From Kipferlia bialata (Eukaryota): a stretch of 33,600 bases of DNA. Below, one piece after another: positions 22,111-32,264 of the stretch. A program made the translations under genes and the position numbers. The stretch lies in NCBI GenBank assembly GCA_003568945.1, contig BDIP01000073.1, positions 1 to 33,600 on the forward strand. The letters run 5' to 3'. The stretch's first letter is position 1. Every line of letters starts with the position of its first letter. Below the pieces are notes generated by a model. That model saw only the letters and a program-made list of their open reading frames with translations. It was not told the origin of the DNA and did not search any database.

Positions 22111-23513
22111 ATGGACGCCCGTGGTGACAAGACATCCTATCCATATGGGGCTAGAAGGAGTGTGCGCAAGGTGGGTCAAACCCAACTTGATGGGCATCAA
22201 GGGAGTTCTCTCTCTCGAACGAGTATCACTTGTTGTGAACACTAGTGACGGTGCACCATGACTCACTCTAGTTCAGAGGTGACCCGGTGCCCAGTGATGT
22301 AGTGACAGACATCCTAGAGACCATGAGGTGGTATACATTTGTCTGTCTTGGCTGTGAAATGAGAAGTGACCCTTCATGGTACTGATTTGCAGTCATGGTA
22401 CCCCACATGGAGTCTTACACACAGGACCGCCCCATCCGCTGGAAACACTCAGGATGTGCATGTCTATGTAGTTACCAAGCAGGTATGGATAAGCATACTG
22501 TAAAGACACCACCATTGGGTCTTATCCAAGGGCACCAAGGACTCTCTGTGCCATGCGGCACACAACCAGGTATACCTACCGTATCCATAGATCAAGAGAG
22601 GACAATACTCTACACTCTACCATTAGCTCGATTAACAATCTGAGAGTGATGGTATTTTCGTTCAAGCATGTCTTCCCTTGTCATTGTGGTGCATCATATT
22701 ATATGTGTTGAGACACAGTTGACCTAGTCAATGCTCTTCGTTACCCCAATCTGCTACACACACCCCAGGGCATGGTGTCCTGTGCCCCCCTGGTGCTAGT
22801 TGTGTGTGGGGCTGAGGAACACTCAAGGGACAGGGACGAGACGGCAGCAACTATCGACACTGGTGTATTCGTGACTCCCTATTCTTACACCCAGGTATGG
22901 CTCCCGAGCCCCCTTCTACAGCGTGTGTGATGCCAGCATCATGGGGACATACGCTATGCTCAGGGCAACACAGCTAGGTGGGAGAACCATTTCAATGCTT
23001 CATTCAAATTCAAGTAGTACTTCTGAGTCAATCGGGGGGGGGGGGGGTAACGTCCTTTGCAGTGGACCAGTACCATTCTTTTTACACTCCTACCCTCCAG
23101 GTTTGGGCTCTGTGTGGGTGGGGGCCTTCAAGGACAGTGAGGTCAGTTAGTAATTGGATACACACAGACACTTTCTCTGCTGACTTACATCAGGTGTCTG
23201 CCATTCTGGCCGAGGCACACCCCCAGGTTTGATCACACTCTGGTCCACTACTTCATGACATGACTATGTGGATTACATGAAAGAAGTGACACAGCGAGTT
23301 GATTCTTATCAGTATGCGTGACCTATTCAGTATGTCTCATCCTTACCTCAGTCTGCAGGCCATGCCCCCGTGGCCATCATACCCATTGGGTACCCAGAGG
23401 TTGGCATGCACGTCAGGTATATACAGTGCAAGTATCATATATGTTGAACAGTATTTCCTGATGACAGACCAACAAGGAGGGCCCCTATGGAGACAAGGAT
23501 CACATATATCTAG
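22111..23513 (+). CDS. Nitroreductase-family FMN-dependent oxidoreductase, 10 exons, ~180 aa
   Basis: Spliced: MDARGDKTSYPYGARRSVRK/FRGDPVPSDVVTDILETMR/TAPSAGNTQDVHVYVVTKQ/GTKDSLCHAAHNQ/GMVSCAPLVLVVCGAEEHSRDR/YGSRAPFYSVCDASIMGTYAMLRATQL/GLGSVWVGAFKDSE/VSAILAEAHPQ/SAGHAPVAIIPIGYPEVGMHVR/PTRRAPMETRITYI*. Has the RRSVRxF, APSAGNxQ, LGLGSVWVGAF and IPIGYP motifs. Confidence 0.92.
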
Positions 23514-23633
23514 ATTCTATGAACGAGAACGACTCTATGGGCTGGAGAAGTGAATGGATGGATAGAGAAGAGCGTGAGTACTAATAGTTGTCCATATTGT
23601 CGATAAAATGGACACGAATCAATGGAGTTTCCT

Positions 23634-26152
23634 CTATCTTCTGCCGCCATAACGGCCCCCGCCCCCTCTGCGGTCCCTCTGCCTGAAGTCTCTCTCTCTC
23701 CTGTCCCCACCTCTGTCACTCTCTCCCCCTCTGGTTCGACGGGGGGAGCGCTCTCTCACAGGAGACCTCTTCCGCTCAGGACTTGGCTCCCTCTCTCTGC
23801 GCCTGACAGGGGATCTCTCCCGCCTTGGGCTCCGTGTCCTAGGGGGGCTTCTCTCTCTCTCTCTCTCCTTGTCTCTCTCTGTCTGGCCGTACCGATCCCC
23901 ATCCCTAGCACCGTGCCTCTCTCTCTCTCCATCCCTGCCACGAGGGGGAGACCCCCTGCGCCCCCCTCTGTCACCCCTGGGGGGAGGCCTGTCAGAGTCC
24001 CGACCACCACGGCCCCTATCATCCCTGCCGCGGTTGGGGAACCTACCACCTATGCTCATCTTGCCTCTAGGGGGGGAACGGGTGGAACGGTCGTCAGACC
24101 TGGGGTAAGCGATCTACTTCTATATACGTATAGTGCAGTGACACCAGATATCGATGCGATCAGACAGACACCTGTCCCAAGGAAATAGATGACTGAATAA
24201 CTGGTATAAACACACTGTACATTCACACCTCTGGTCTGCCCCCTGCCTCCTCTGGTCTCTCTCCATCTCACGCTGCTCCCACCTGCTGTAAGGGTATACA
24301 CTGAAGACAGACAATGGAGTAGACACACCGGCTGATACACCCTCACATAATGTATACATACCTGCTGGTTCCCCTCTTGGACGGAGGTCCACTGGGCTCT
24401 GCCCCCTCGTCTCTGTCTCTGCCTCTCTCTCCTCTCTCCACCTTGACAGTGACTGGTTTCTCCCCCTCTCTCTTGACCACAATGTCTCTCTCTCCCTCTC
24501 TCTCCCCTCCCCTAGGGGCACTGTCTCTGTGAGTGCCAGGCTCCTGCTTGACATGTACTCTCTCCCTGCCTCTGAAGTCTCTGTCTCTCCCCCTGACATC
24601 CCGTGGTCCCTGCCCCCTGCCCTGGTACTGACCCCTCCCATACGGCCTGTCTCTCCCCCTCTCGCCCTGAGGTCCGGACTCTCTCTCCCGCTGTCCATCT
24701 CGTGACACGCCTCCTCTCTCCCTGTCCCTGTCCGTGTGTGGCTCTCTCTTGACTGGGTGTGTGGGTGCAAAGTCCATCGTGGTGGGTGGGGGAGGGGGGC
24801 CGCGGGGGGCTGGGGCAGATATAGTAGTTATAGGCTCGGTCTTGACAGGTGCTATGGGGGCAACGGGGGCTGGGGTGGGAAGGGGGGATGCTTGGGTAGA
24901 GAGAGTATTGCAATGTGTGAAAGGGAGACGGGGGCAAATAGGAGAGATGTAGGATCCTAGTACCTGACCCTGGTGCGCCTGGGGCCCCTGGTGCACCTGG
25001 AGCTGGAGTGAGTGGGTGAAAAGATACATAAATACATGACTAACACACTATACAACGTTGAGACAAAGCATGTGAGATGTAGGAGCAGAGAGAGGGAGAG
25101 ATACCTCCAGGAGCCGATGGCCCTGGCTGGGTGTCGAGTACCATGAGGGGCTGGGCTGTGTCCTGTGCCTCTCTCTCCCTGGCCCTCTTCTGACCCAGGG
25201 GGTGGGCACCTAGGTGTGAGGCATTAGGGAGGGATAAGGTGGGTATATTGCCACACATGAACTATATATAGTTACTATACACACGCCACTACACATATAT
25301 ACATTGTACAATGCAGCCCCCACCTGCATGTGGTGCCCCCCTCTCCTGGTAGTCTCTCTCTGCCACCTGGAGGGAACTCCTGTCGGGGGGGACCTGGGGG
25401 TCAGGGGGCATGGATGACATCCATACATGAAGAATTTATAATGACTATACAAACCGAACCACTCCCCATAGTACTGAACTCCATTAATATCTCATATCAC
25501 AATCAATGTATACAACACAGTGCCTACAGCGCTGTACCTTGGACCCCGGCATCAGGAGTGGGAACTCTCTGTCCACTGCCTCTCTCTGCCCTGCCTGTTC
25601 AGCCGCATCTCGGATGCAGCGCAGTCTGCCTGAGGGTCAGGAGAGGGGGGAAGATATGATCCATACAGCGTATATATGACATGGTAACACAGATTGTTAT
25701 AATAATGCGGGTACATGTACACACTAAAACCACATAACGGAAGTCATATCAATCCACCCACCTACATACACCCTCCAGGTTGCCTCGTCAAACCCATAGT
25801 TGAAGTAGTCTGTCCTGTCGGCACCTGGGGGTGGGGGGGGAGAGACAGAGGGGGGGGGGGTAATCATACTCACACAAGGAACATACTTTGAGAGCAGAGA
25901 CCAGGTGATAGAGAGACATATAGAAACATATATATAGAGATGCCATACTGATCATGCCCTCCCTACCTTCTGCCCTCCACGGCTTGTCTGGCAGGTCATC
26001 AATCTCAATGTCCAGGAGGGGGACACCCTGAGTGGTAAGGGGGGGGGGGGGAGTATGTACGAGTATATACACAAATACCAGTATACCTTGAACATGGGAG
26101 CACTGAACAGACTGTTGTTCTGCACCAGCTCCACAGGGTCTATCTCCTCGGC
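23634..26152 (-). CDS. FIP1: Pre-mRNA 3'-end processing factor FIP1 (5' end in gap)
   Basis: Exons at ~25790-26030 encode the Fip1 motif LLDIEIDDLPDKPWRAEGADRTDYFNYGFDEATWRVY. They are followed by Pro-rich and RD/RE/RS-rich exons ending ..GGGGRYGGRR* at 23634. Confidence 0.9.
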
Positions 26153-26248
26153 CTAGGGTGAGGGAGGCAGGGACATAGAGGGAGGGGGGGGGGGGGAGAG
26201 AGAGAGCAGCAGACAGGACACATGGGAGTATGCATATCCCCTTCATTA

Positions 26249-26963
26249 NNNNNNNNNNNNNNNNNNNNNNNNNNNNNNNNNNNNNNNNNNNNNNNNNNNN
26301 NNNNNNNNNNNNNNNNNNNNNNNNNNNNNNNNNNNNNNNNNNNNNNNNNNNNNNNNNNNNNNNNNNNNNNNNNNNNNNNNNNNNNNNNNNNNNNNNNNNN
26401 NNNNNNNNNNNNNNNNNNNNNNNNNNNNNNNNNNNNNNNNNNNNNNNNNNNNNNNNNNNNNNNNNNNNNNNNNNNNNNNNNNNNNNNNNNNNNNNNNNNN
26501 NNNNNNNNNNNNNNNNNNNNNNNNNNNNNNNNNNNNNNNNNNNNNNNNNNNNNNNNNNNNNNNNNNNNNNNNNNNNNNNNNNNNNNNNNNNNNNNNNNNN
26601 NNNNNNNNNNNNNNNNNNNNNNNNNNNNNNNNNNNNNNNNNNNNNNNNNNNNNNNNNNNNNNNNNNNNNNNNNNNNNNNNNNNNNNNNNNNNNNNNNNNN
26701 NNNNNNNNNNNNNNNNNNNNNNNNNNNNNNNNNNNNNNNNNNNNNNNNNNNNNNNNNNNNNNNNNNNNNNNNNNNNNNNNNNNNNNNNNNNNNNNNNNNN
26801 NNNNNNNNNNNNNNNNNNNNNNNNNNNNNNNNNNNNNNNNNNNNNNNNNNNNNNNNNNNNNNNNNNNNNNNNNNNNNNNNNNNNNNNNNNNNNNNNNNNN
26901 NNNNNNNNNNNNNNNNNNNNNNNNNNNNNNNNNNNNNNNNNNNNNNNNNNNNNNNNNNNNNNN
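26249..26963. other. Assembly gap (715 N)
   Basis: Run of N; must contain or replace the 5' ends of FIP1 and H2B. Confidence 1.
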
Positions 26964-27063
26964 CAGAGGCCCGGGTTTCTTTCCACCCCCCCCCCCCCCC
27001 ATTCACACATCCCTCCCTGTTCTCTCTGACCCTGTCTCACTATCTCACTTGTCTTACCCCCAG

Positions 27064-27518
27064 GGTATTGAAGAGTGAGCACCCCAACCACGGCATGTCT
27101 GCCTCCTCCATGGCCACCATGAACTCCTTCATCAACGACATCTTCGACAAGCTGCTCACAGAGGCCACGTTCCTCGCAAGTGCGGCATTTCATACATGCA
27201 TGCATACAACTATATCTCCACAGTCCAATCATACCACCCCCCCTTACCCCTAGAGATCAACAACAAGACCACTGTCAGCCACAGGGAGATCAACTCTGCT
27301 GCCCACCTGCACCTGCCAGGGGACCTCTTCTACCATGCCGACGCATACTGCAAGAAGGTTAGACATGTCGATAATCAAATATCACTTCTCCCCTGTGTGT
27401 ATATTCTCTCATTTTTTTGGTTAGCTGTTTGTGTTATCTCTGGTGTTATATGTGTTGCATTCCCTCACCCCAGGCCCATGAGAAGTTCGATGGCAGCCAG
27501 GGACACCTCGACCAGTAA
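27064..27518 (+). CDS. H2B: Histone H2B, divergent, intron-containing (N-terminal tail in gap)
   Basis: Three exons give VLKSEHPNHGMSASSMATMNSFINDIFDKLLTEATFLAK/INNKTTVSHREINSAAHLHLPGDLFYHADAYCKK/AHEKFDGSQGHLDQ*. This is colinear with H2B [42 protein letters not shown]. Confidence 0.88.
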
Positions 27519-27525
27519 GCCTCTC

Positions 27526-27527
<2 letters not shown>

Positions 27528-27561
<34 letters not shown>
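27528..27561. repeat. (GA)n microsatellite in the H2B 3' UTR
   Basis: Pure GA run. Similar runs occur at 28555-28596 (coding), 30778-30808, 31172-31202 and 31361-31387. Confidence 0.95.
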
Positions 27562-27564
<3 letters not shown>

Positions 27565-27941
27565 TTGTGTGGCTTATGGACAGTGCCGATAGGAGACACG
27601 TTGCTATAGGATACCGTGTGTATAGCAGGATCGGCGCTGCACCCGGCCAGCGTGTTAATTGTGATGATGTATGTGATTAGGATGTTTGTTTATGATGACA
27701 GAGGCTTTGTGTGTTTGGTGTAAATTGATGTCTACTGGTCAGCTATCATTTCCGTACAACTTGTCATATGTGGAGGCTTATACTTTACACTTTGCATTAT
27801 CACTGTCCCATTGTTCTGATATATTGATTCAAAGGTGACCTTTCAAAGGTCCCCAACTGGGTCTGGCCCATTTTTCCCATTGTCGAGTAGGTTTGGAGTT
27901 TCCACTTGATGATCACCTCCTCTCTTCTCTCTTTGTCCAAC

Positions 27942-30472
27942 ATGTCAACCAGCGAGTATGACAAGTATGTAGGCTACCGATACCACGTTGACCTCAAGCC
28001 TGACTCCACGCTGAGGGGTCCCAAGGTGGATGTGTCACAGCCAGGGTGCATGGTGGAAGGTGGGTGGTGGATTGAGTGGACTTACATACCCCCCCCCCCC
28101 ACCTATACACGATCATCACATGTACTTCTCTCAACACATTGTATTCCCTTGACAGTTGCAGTTGTCATATGTAAGTGGATTGGGTCACAAGGAGGCTACT
28201 GAGTTATGCGCCATCCTTGTCATTCTCCGTGTTTGTTCCCCTCTCTCTCTCTCTCTCTCACTCATAGGCACTGTGGCAAAGCTGACCCCTGTCGACATCC
28301 ACCTCAAGGACGCCACCTTCACATTCACCACAGACGGGGCCACGTATAGGTATGCATCCCAGTATTATACTCCCTTGTCTCTCTCTCTCTCTGTCTTGTC
28401 AGACTGCATACCCTACCTCCACCCCCTCTCCCCCTAGCGTCACCAGTGCCGAGGGATGGGCCTTTGATCTGACGTGTGTTGCCGCATCAGAGTTCCTCCC
28501 GACCCCTGCCCCTACTTCCCCTAGTGCCCCTAGTGCCCCTAGTGCAGACACAGAGACAGAGACAGAGAGGGAGAGAGAGAGGGAGAGAGAGAGAGAGGCC
28601 CAGCCCCAGGCCGTGGCCCCCATACACCGGGTCTTCATCAACGGCCTGCCCTTCCACTACACCACAGAGAAGGGTATGTCTCTCTCTAGCTATCTACCTA
28701 TACAATTGCCGCGTAATCCCCCCCCCTCTCCCATTGTCTTCTCACACTCCAGTCCACGACGTCATATACCGCTTCTACCTAGAGGAGCACGGTGATGCCC
28801 TGGATACACCCGACCAGACACAGGTACCTAGTGCATTAGTACAGTATATATATATATATATATAAGTATATATGATACTGATGCCCGGTCCACATTGCAT
28901 GCATCCAGACACAGGTGTACACTGCAATGTGTCAGTATCTCTCTCTCTCTGAGAGAGAGTCTCTCTCTCTATATATGTATTAGTGTATATGATGCTGATT
29001 CCAGGCCCACCTTGCATGCATCCAGAGCCTCCTAGACGACCTTATACTGTGTGACCTCAACCCGCCCAAGAGAGGGAGCAGGACAAAGTCGGTGGGTATT
29101 GTTTCAGTACATACACAGCACTCTCTCTCTCTCTATTCCTTCACCCCTTCCTTCTGACCCGTAGGGTATACTGCACTTCAGCACAAAGGAGAGTGCACAG
29201 ACAGTCATGGACACACTCAGGTGGGGGGGTTGTATATATATATATATATATATTTATACATACATATATATACTGTATGCAGATATGTATCTATATACAT
29301 ATATTCCTACTCACCCTTAGGTTCCAGCAGATAGATGGGTCATGTCAATTATTATATATGTACTCTCTCTCCTCTTAACCCCTAGGTTCCAGCAGATAGA
29401 TGGGTCATGTCAATTATTATATATGTACTCTCTCCCCTCCCACCCCTAGGTTCCAGCAGATAGATGCCGACAAGTGCCCTAGAGAGCTGGACGTGGCATG
29501 GTACAACAGCCCAGCACCCACAGAGGACAAGAGCAAGAGCGTGTTTGTCAGGGTGCGTCACTTGAAAGTGTATATATACCTCCCTGACACTGGTTCAGAG
29601 GACGTTGATGAGAGAGAGAAATATACATATATATATGTGTGTGTGTGTGTATGATACTGACACCAGGGCCTAGCCAAGGGTGTGACAGGCCGTGTCCTGA
29701 TGAAGGTGTATGAGAAGTACGGCCAGGTGCAGAGGGCAATCATCCTCAGGTAATAGACATGACACACTCTGCCTCTACTGACTACCTTCTATACAGATAC
29801 TCACCCCCCAGGGACAAGGAGACTGATGCCTCCCGGTGCCAGGGGGTGGTCACCTACCACACCCCAGAGGCAGCCACCGCAGCGCTGACCTCTCTCAAGA
29901 CATTCACCCTGCAGGGCTCTGTTGCATCCACTGTACAGTGCAGGAGTGTCAAGAGGAGTGATGGCTCAGACAACATATACGTCCAGTCGATCCCAGCAGA
30001 CATGACCCAGGAGACACTCAGGGATCTATGCGAGGAGCATGTCGGCCCTGTTGTGAGTCTGTACCTCAAGGCTGACCCTAGACCCATCGCCAAGGGTGGG
30101 ACTGGGCTGCAGAGTGGGGGGGTGAGGTTCGAGACTGCAGATCTGGCCCTCAAGGCCATGGACGTGCTGCCCATGCTGGATGTAGGCAAGGAGCCCCTGG
30201 AGTGCTATCCCTTTGTGTACAAGGCCAAGCCCAAGCCTAGGGGTAGGGGGAAGCCAAGGATGCCGAGGAGGGGATACACGACAGATGTGGATGAGGAGGA
30301 GACAGGGGGGCAGAGGGGGAGAGACAGAGGGAGAGAGAGGGAGAGAGAGACCAGGCCCAGAAGGGGCGGTCGGACCTATGTGACTGATGTCGATGAGGCC
30401 TCTTCCAGCCCAAAGCCCGCTAGATACACACGGAGGGCGAGCAAGCCATTGGCCAATGAGTTCACACACTGA
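27942..30472 (+). CDS. RNA-binding protein with three RRM domains (PABP-like spacing), possible N-terminal Sm-like domain and RG-rich tail
   Basis: RNP2/RNP1-like pairs: RVFINGLP..GILHF; SVFVRGL..YGQV..GVVTYHTPEAATAAL; NIYVQSIP..GPVVS..GGVRFETADLALKAM. Start MSTSEYDKYVGYRY at 27942; stop TGA 30470-30472. Confidence 0.8.
29312..29466 (+). repeat. Triplicated ~65-nt unit containing an acceptor plus exon start
   Basis: tag|GTTCCAGCAGATAGATG at 29321, 29386 and 29450; the intervening gtcatgtcaattattatatatgtactctctc is identical. Confidence 0.9.
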
Positions 30473-30807
30473 GTGTGACAGACAGATAGCATCGGCTACA
30501 TACAGTGGGACCCTCTGTATACACCGGTCGATGCATACACAATGTACAATAACAATAATACCAAAACCCAAGATAACCCAACAGAAAACAAACAAATAGA
30601 AAACCATGATGAATGAGATACTGAGAGTCTATTGTTATCATGAGTCCCATATATATACATACATATGGACATATGTAACCCAGACCCCCCTACATCCCTC
30701 ACCCTCTGTGAGGTAGTGCACACACACTCCCCTAGGAGAGTGAGGAACACACACTCAGATACAAATACACCCTATCACTCTCTCTCTGTCTCTCTCTCTC
30801 TCTCTCT

Positions 30808-31168
30808 CTACTGTGTCACCTCCTGAACACTGCCGTCTGGGAAGACAGCCCTCTCCCTGCCCTCGGGGTCTATGTACTTGGTCGTGCCATCGCTGTAGAA
30901 GATCTCCTTGGAGCCGTCCCTGCGGTGCTTCTCAACCTAGGGGGGTCAGTGTATACAGAAACAAACACTATGAGAGAGAGAGAGAGAGAGACAGTGACTG
31001 TGTGTGTGTACCTGACCGCTTGGGAACCTGTATAGTCTGAGCCCTCTGTTCTCGATTGTTGTGACCAGGGTGCCCACGTCTGCATAGTAGTACACAGTGC
31101 GGCCATCAGGGTACACACGCTTGGCATCGCCGTTGGCAAAGCGGATGTTGGCGATGCCTGAGTGTTGG

Positions 31169-31206
<38 letters not shown>

Positions 31207-31360
31207 CACACCGTACCTGAGACTGGCAGAATGAGCTTTGTGGTGCCGTTGTTGAATGTGATGCGCCTGGCCCCAGAGGACAGCCTCTGGTCCGTCCTGC
31301 CTAGCAGGGAGAGGGTGTTGGTGCGCACAGCATCCTCCACATACTGGGCATCCTTGAGTA

Positions 31361-31392
<32 letters not shown>

Positions 31393-32230
31393 TATGTACC
31401 TCCTCCTGGAATGTGTCGAGCAGGGCCTGGAACGTGGCAAAGGGCTCGAGGGCCTCCTCCTCCTTCTCCTCGGCCCTCTTCTCCTCTCTCTCTCTCTCTC
31501 TCTCAATCTCCCTCTGCTCCTCCTCCTCCCTCTGCCTCTGCAGCTCCTGCTGGGCCTCTCTCTCTAGCTGCACCTGGGGGTGAGCCAAAGGATACATCTT
31601 ACCACATATTCATATTCACTCAATGCAATACCTGTCTCTCTCTCTCTGCCTCGAGTCTCTGTGCCTCTCTCTCCCTCTCCCTGGCCATGTCTGCCTCTGT
31701 CTCTCTCTCTCTCTCCTGGGCCTTGGCAGCTGCCACCTCGGCAGACACCTGCCTCGAGCGCTGCACAGCAAGAAGCACTGAGGTGGGTACACTAATGATA
31801 CACACACATCTATATACATCTAGAGAGAGAGAGAGGGAGTGGGATGGTACATACATAGAGAGAGAGAGAAAGAGACGCTGCACAGCAAGATGTACTGAGG
31901 TGGGTGGTTTTGATGAGAGATATACAGAGAAAGAGACACACACTAGTACGTACGCTTGTCCTGCCTCTGCAGGGCCTCCTTGGCCTCCCTGAGCTCTCTG
32001 GATTGCTCATCGATGCGACGCTTCAGGGTCTCGTTCTCAAGCCTAAGGGTCAGGCGTGCATATGATAAAGAGATACACGAGGAAGAGGGGGGGGGGGGTA
32101 ACAAGGAGACAGAGAGGCTGGTACCTGTGCCCCTGCTCCGTCTGCATATTCTTACTATACTATATACAATACGATATAGGGGGAGGAAGATGATTGAGAA
32201 AGGGCCACACCTGTGCCCCTGCTCCTTCTG

Positions 32231-32264
<34 letters not shown>

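Noticed and set aside
23401..23585. Alternative nitroreductase ending using the donor after GYPE
   Set aside because: It gives an unrelated acidic tail; the later donor at 23418 yields RPTRRAPMETRITYI*, which matches the usual nitroreductase C-terminus.
17646..26051. Poly-G/poly-C runs as functional G-quadruplex elements
   Set aside because: Isolated intronic homopolymers of unreliable length with no further support from the sequence alone.
25788..27253. 280-400 aa ORFs spanning the gap
   Set aside because: Artefacts of translating N as X.
31162..31992. 276-aa plus-strand ORF and other ERER/SLSL-rich ORFs
   Set aside because: Antisense to SAS-4 and kept open by (GA)n/(CT)n microsatellites.
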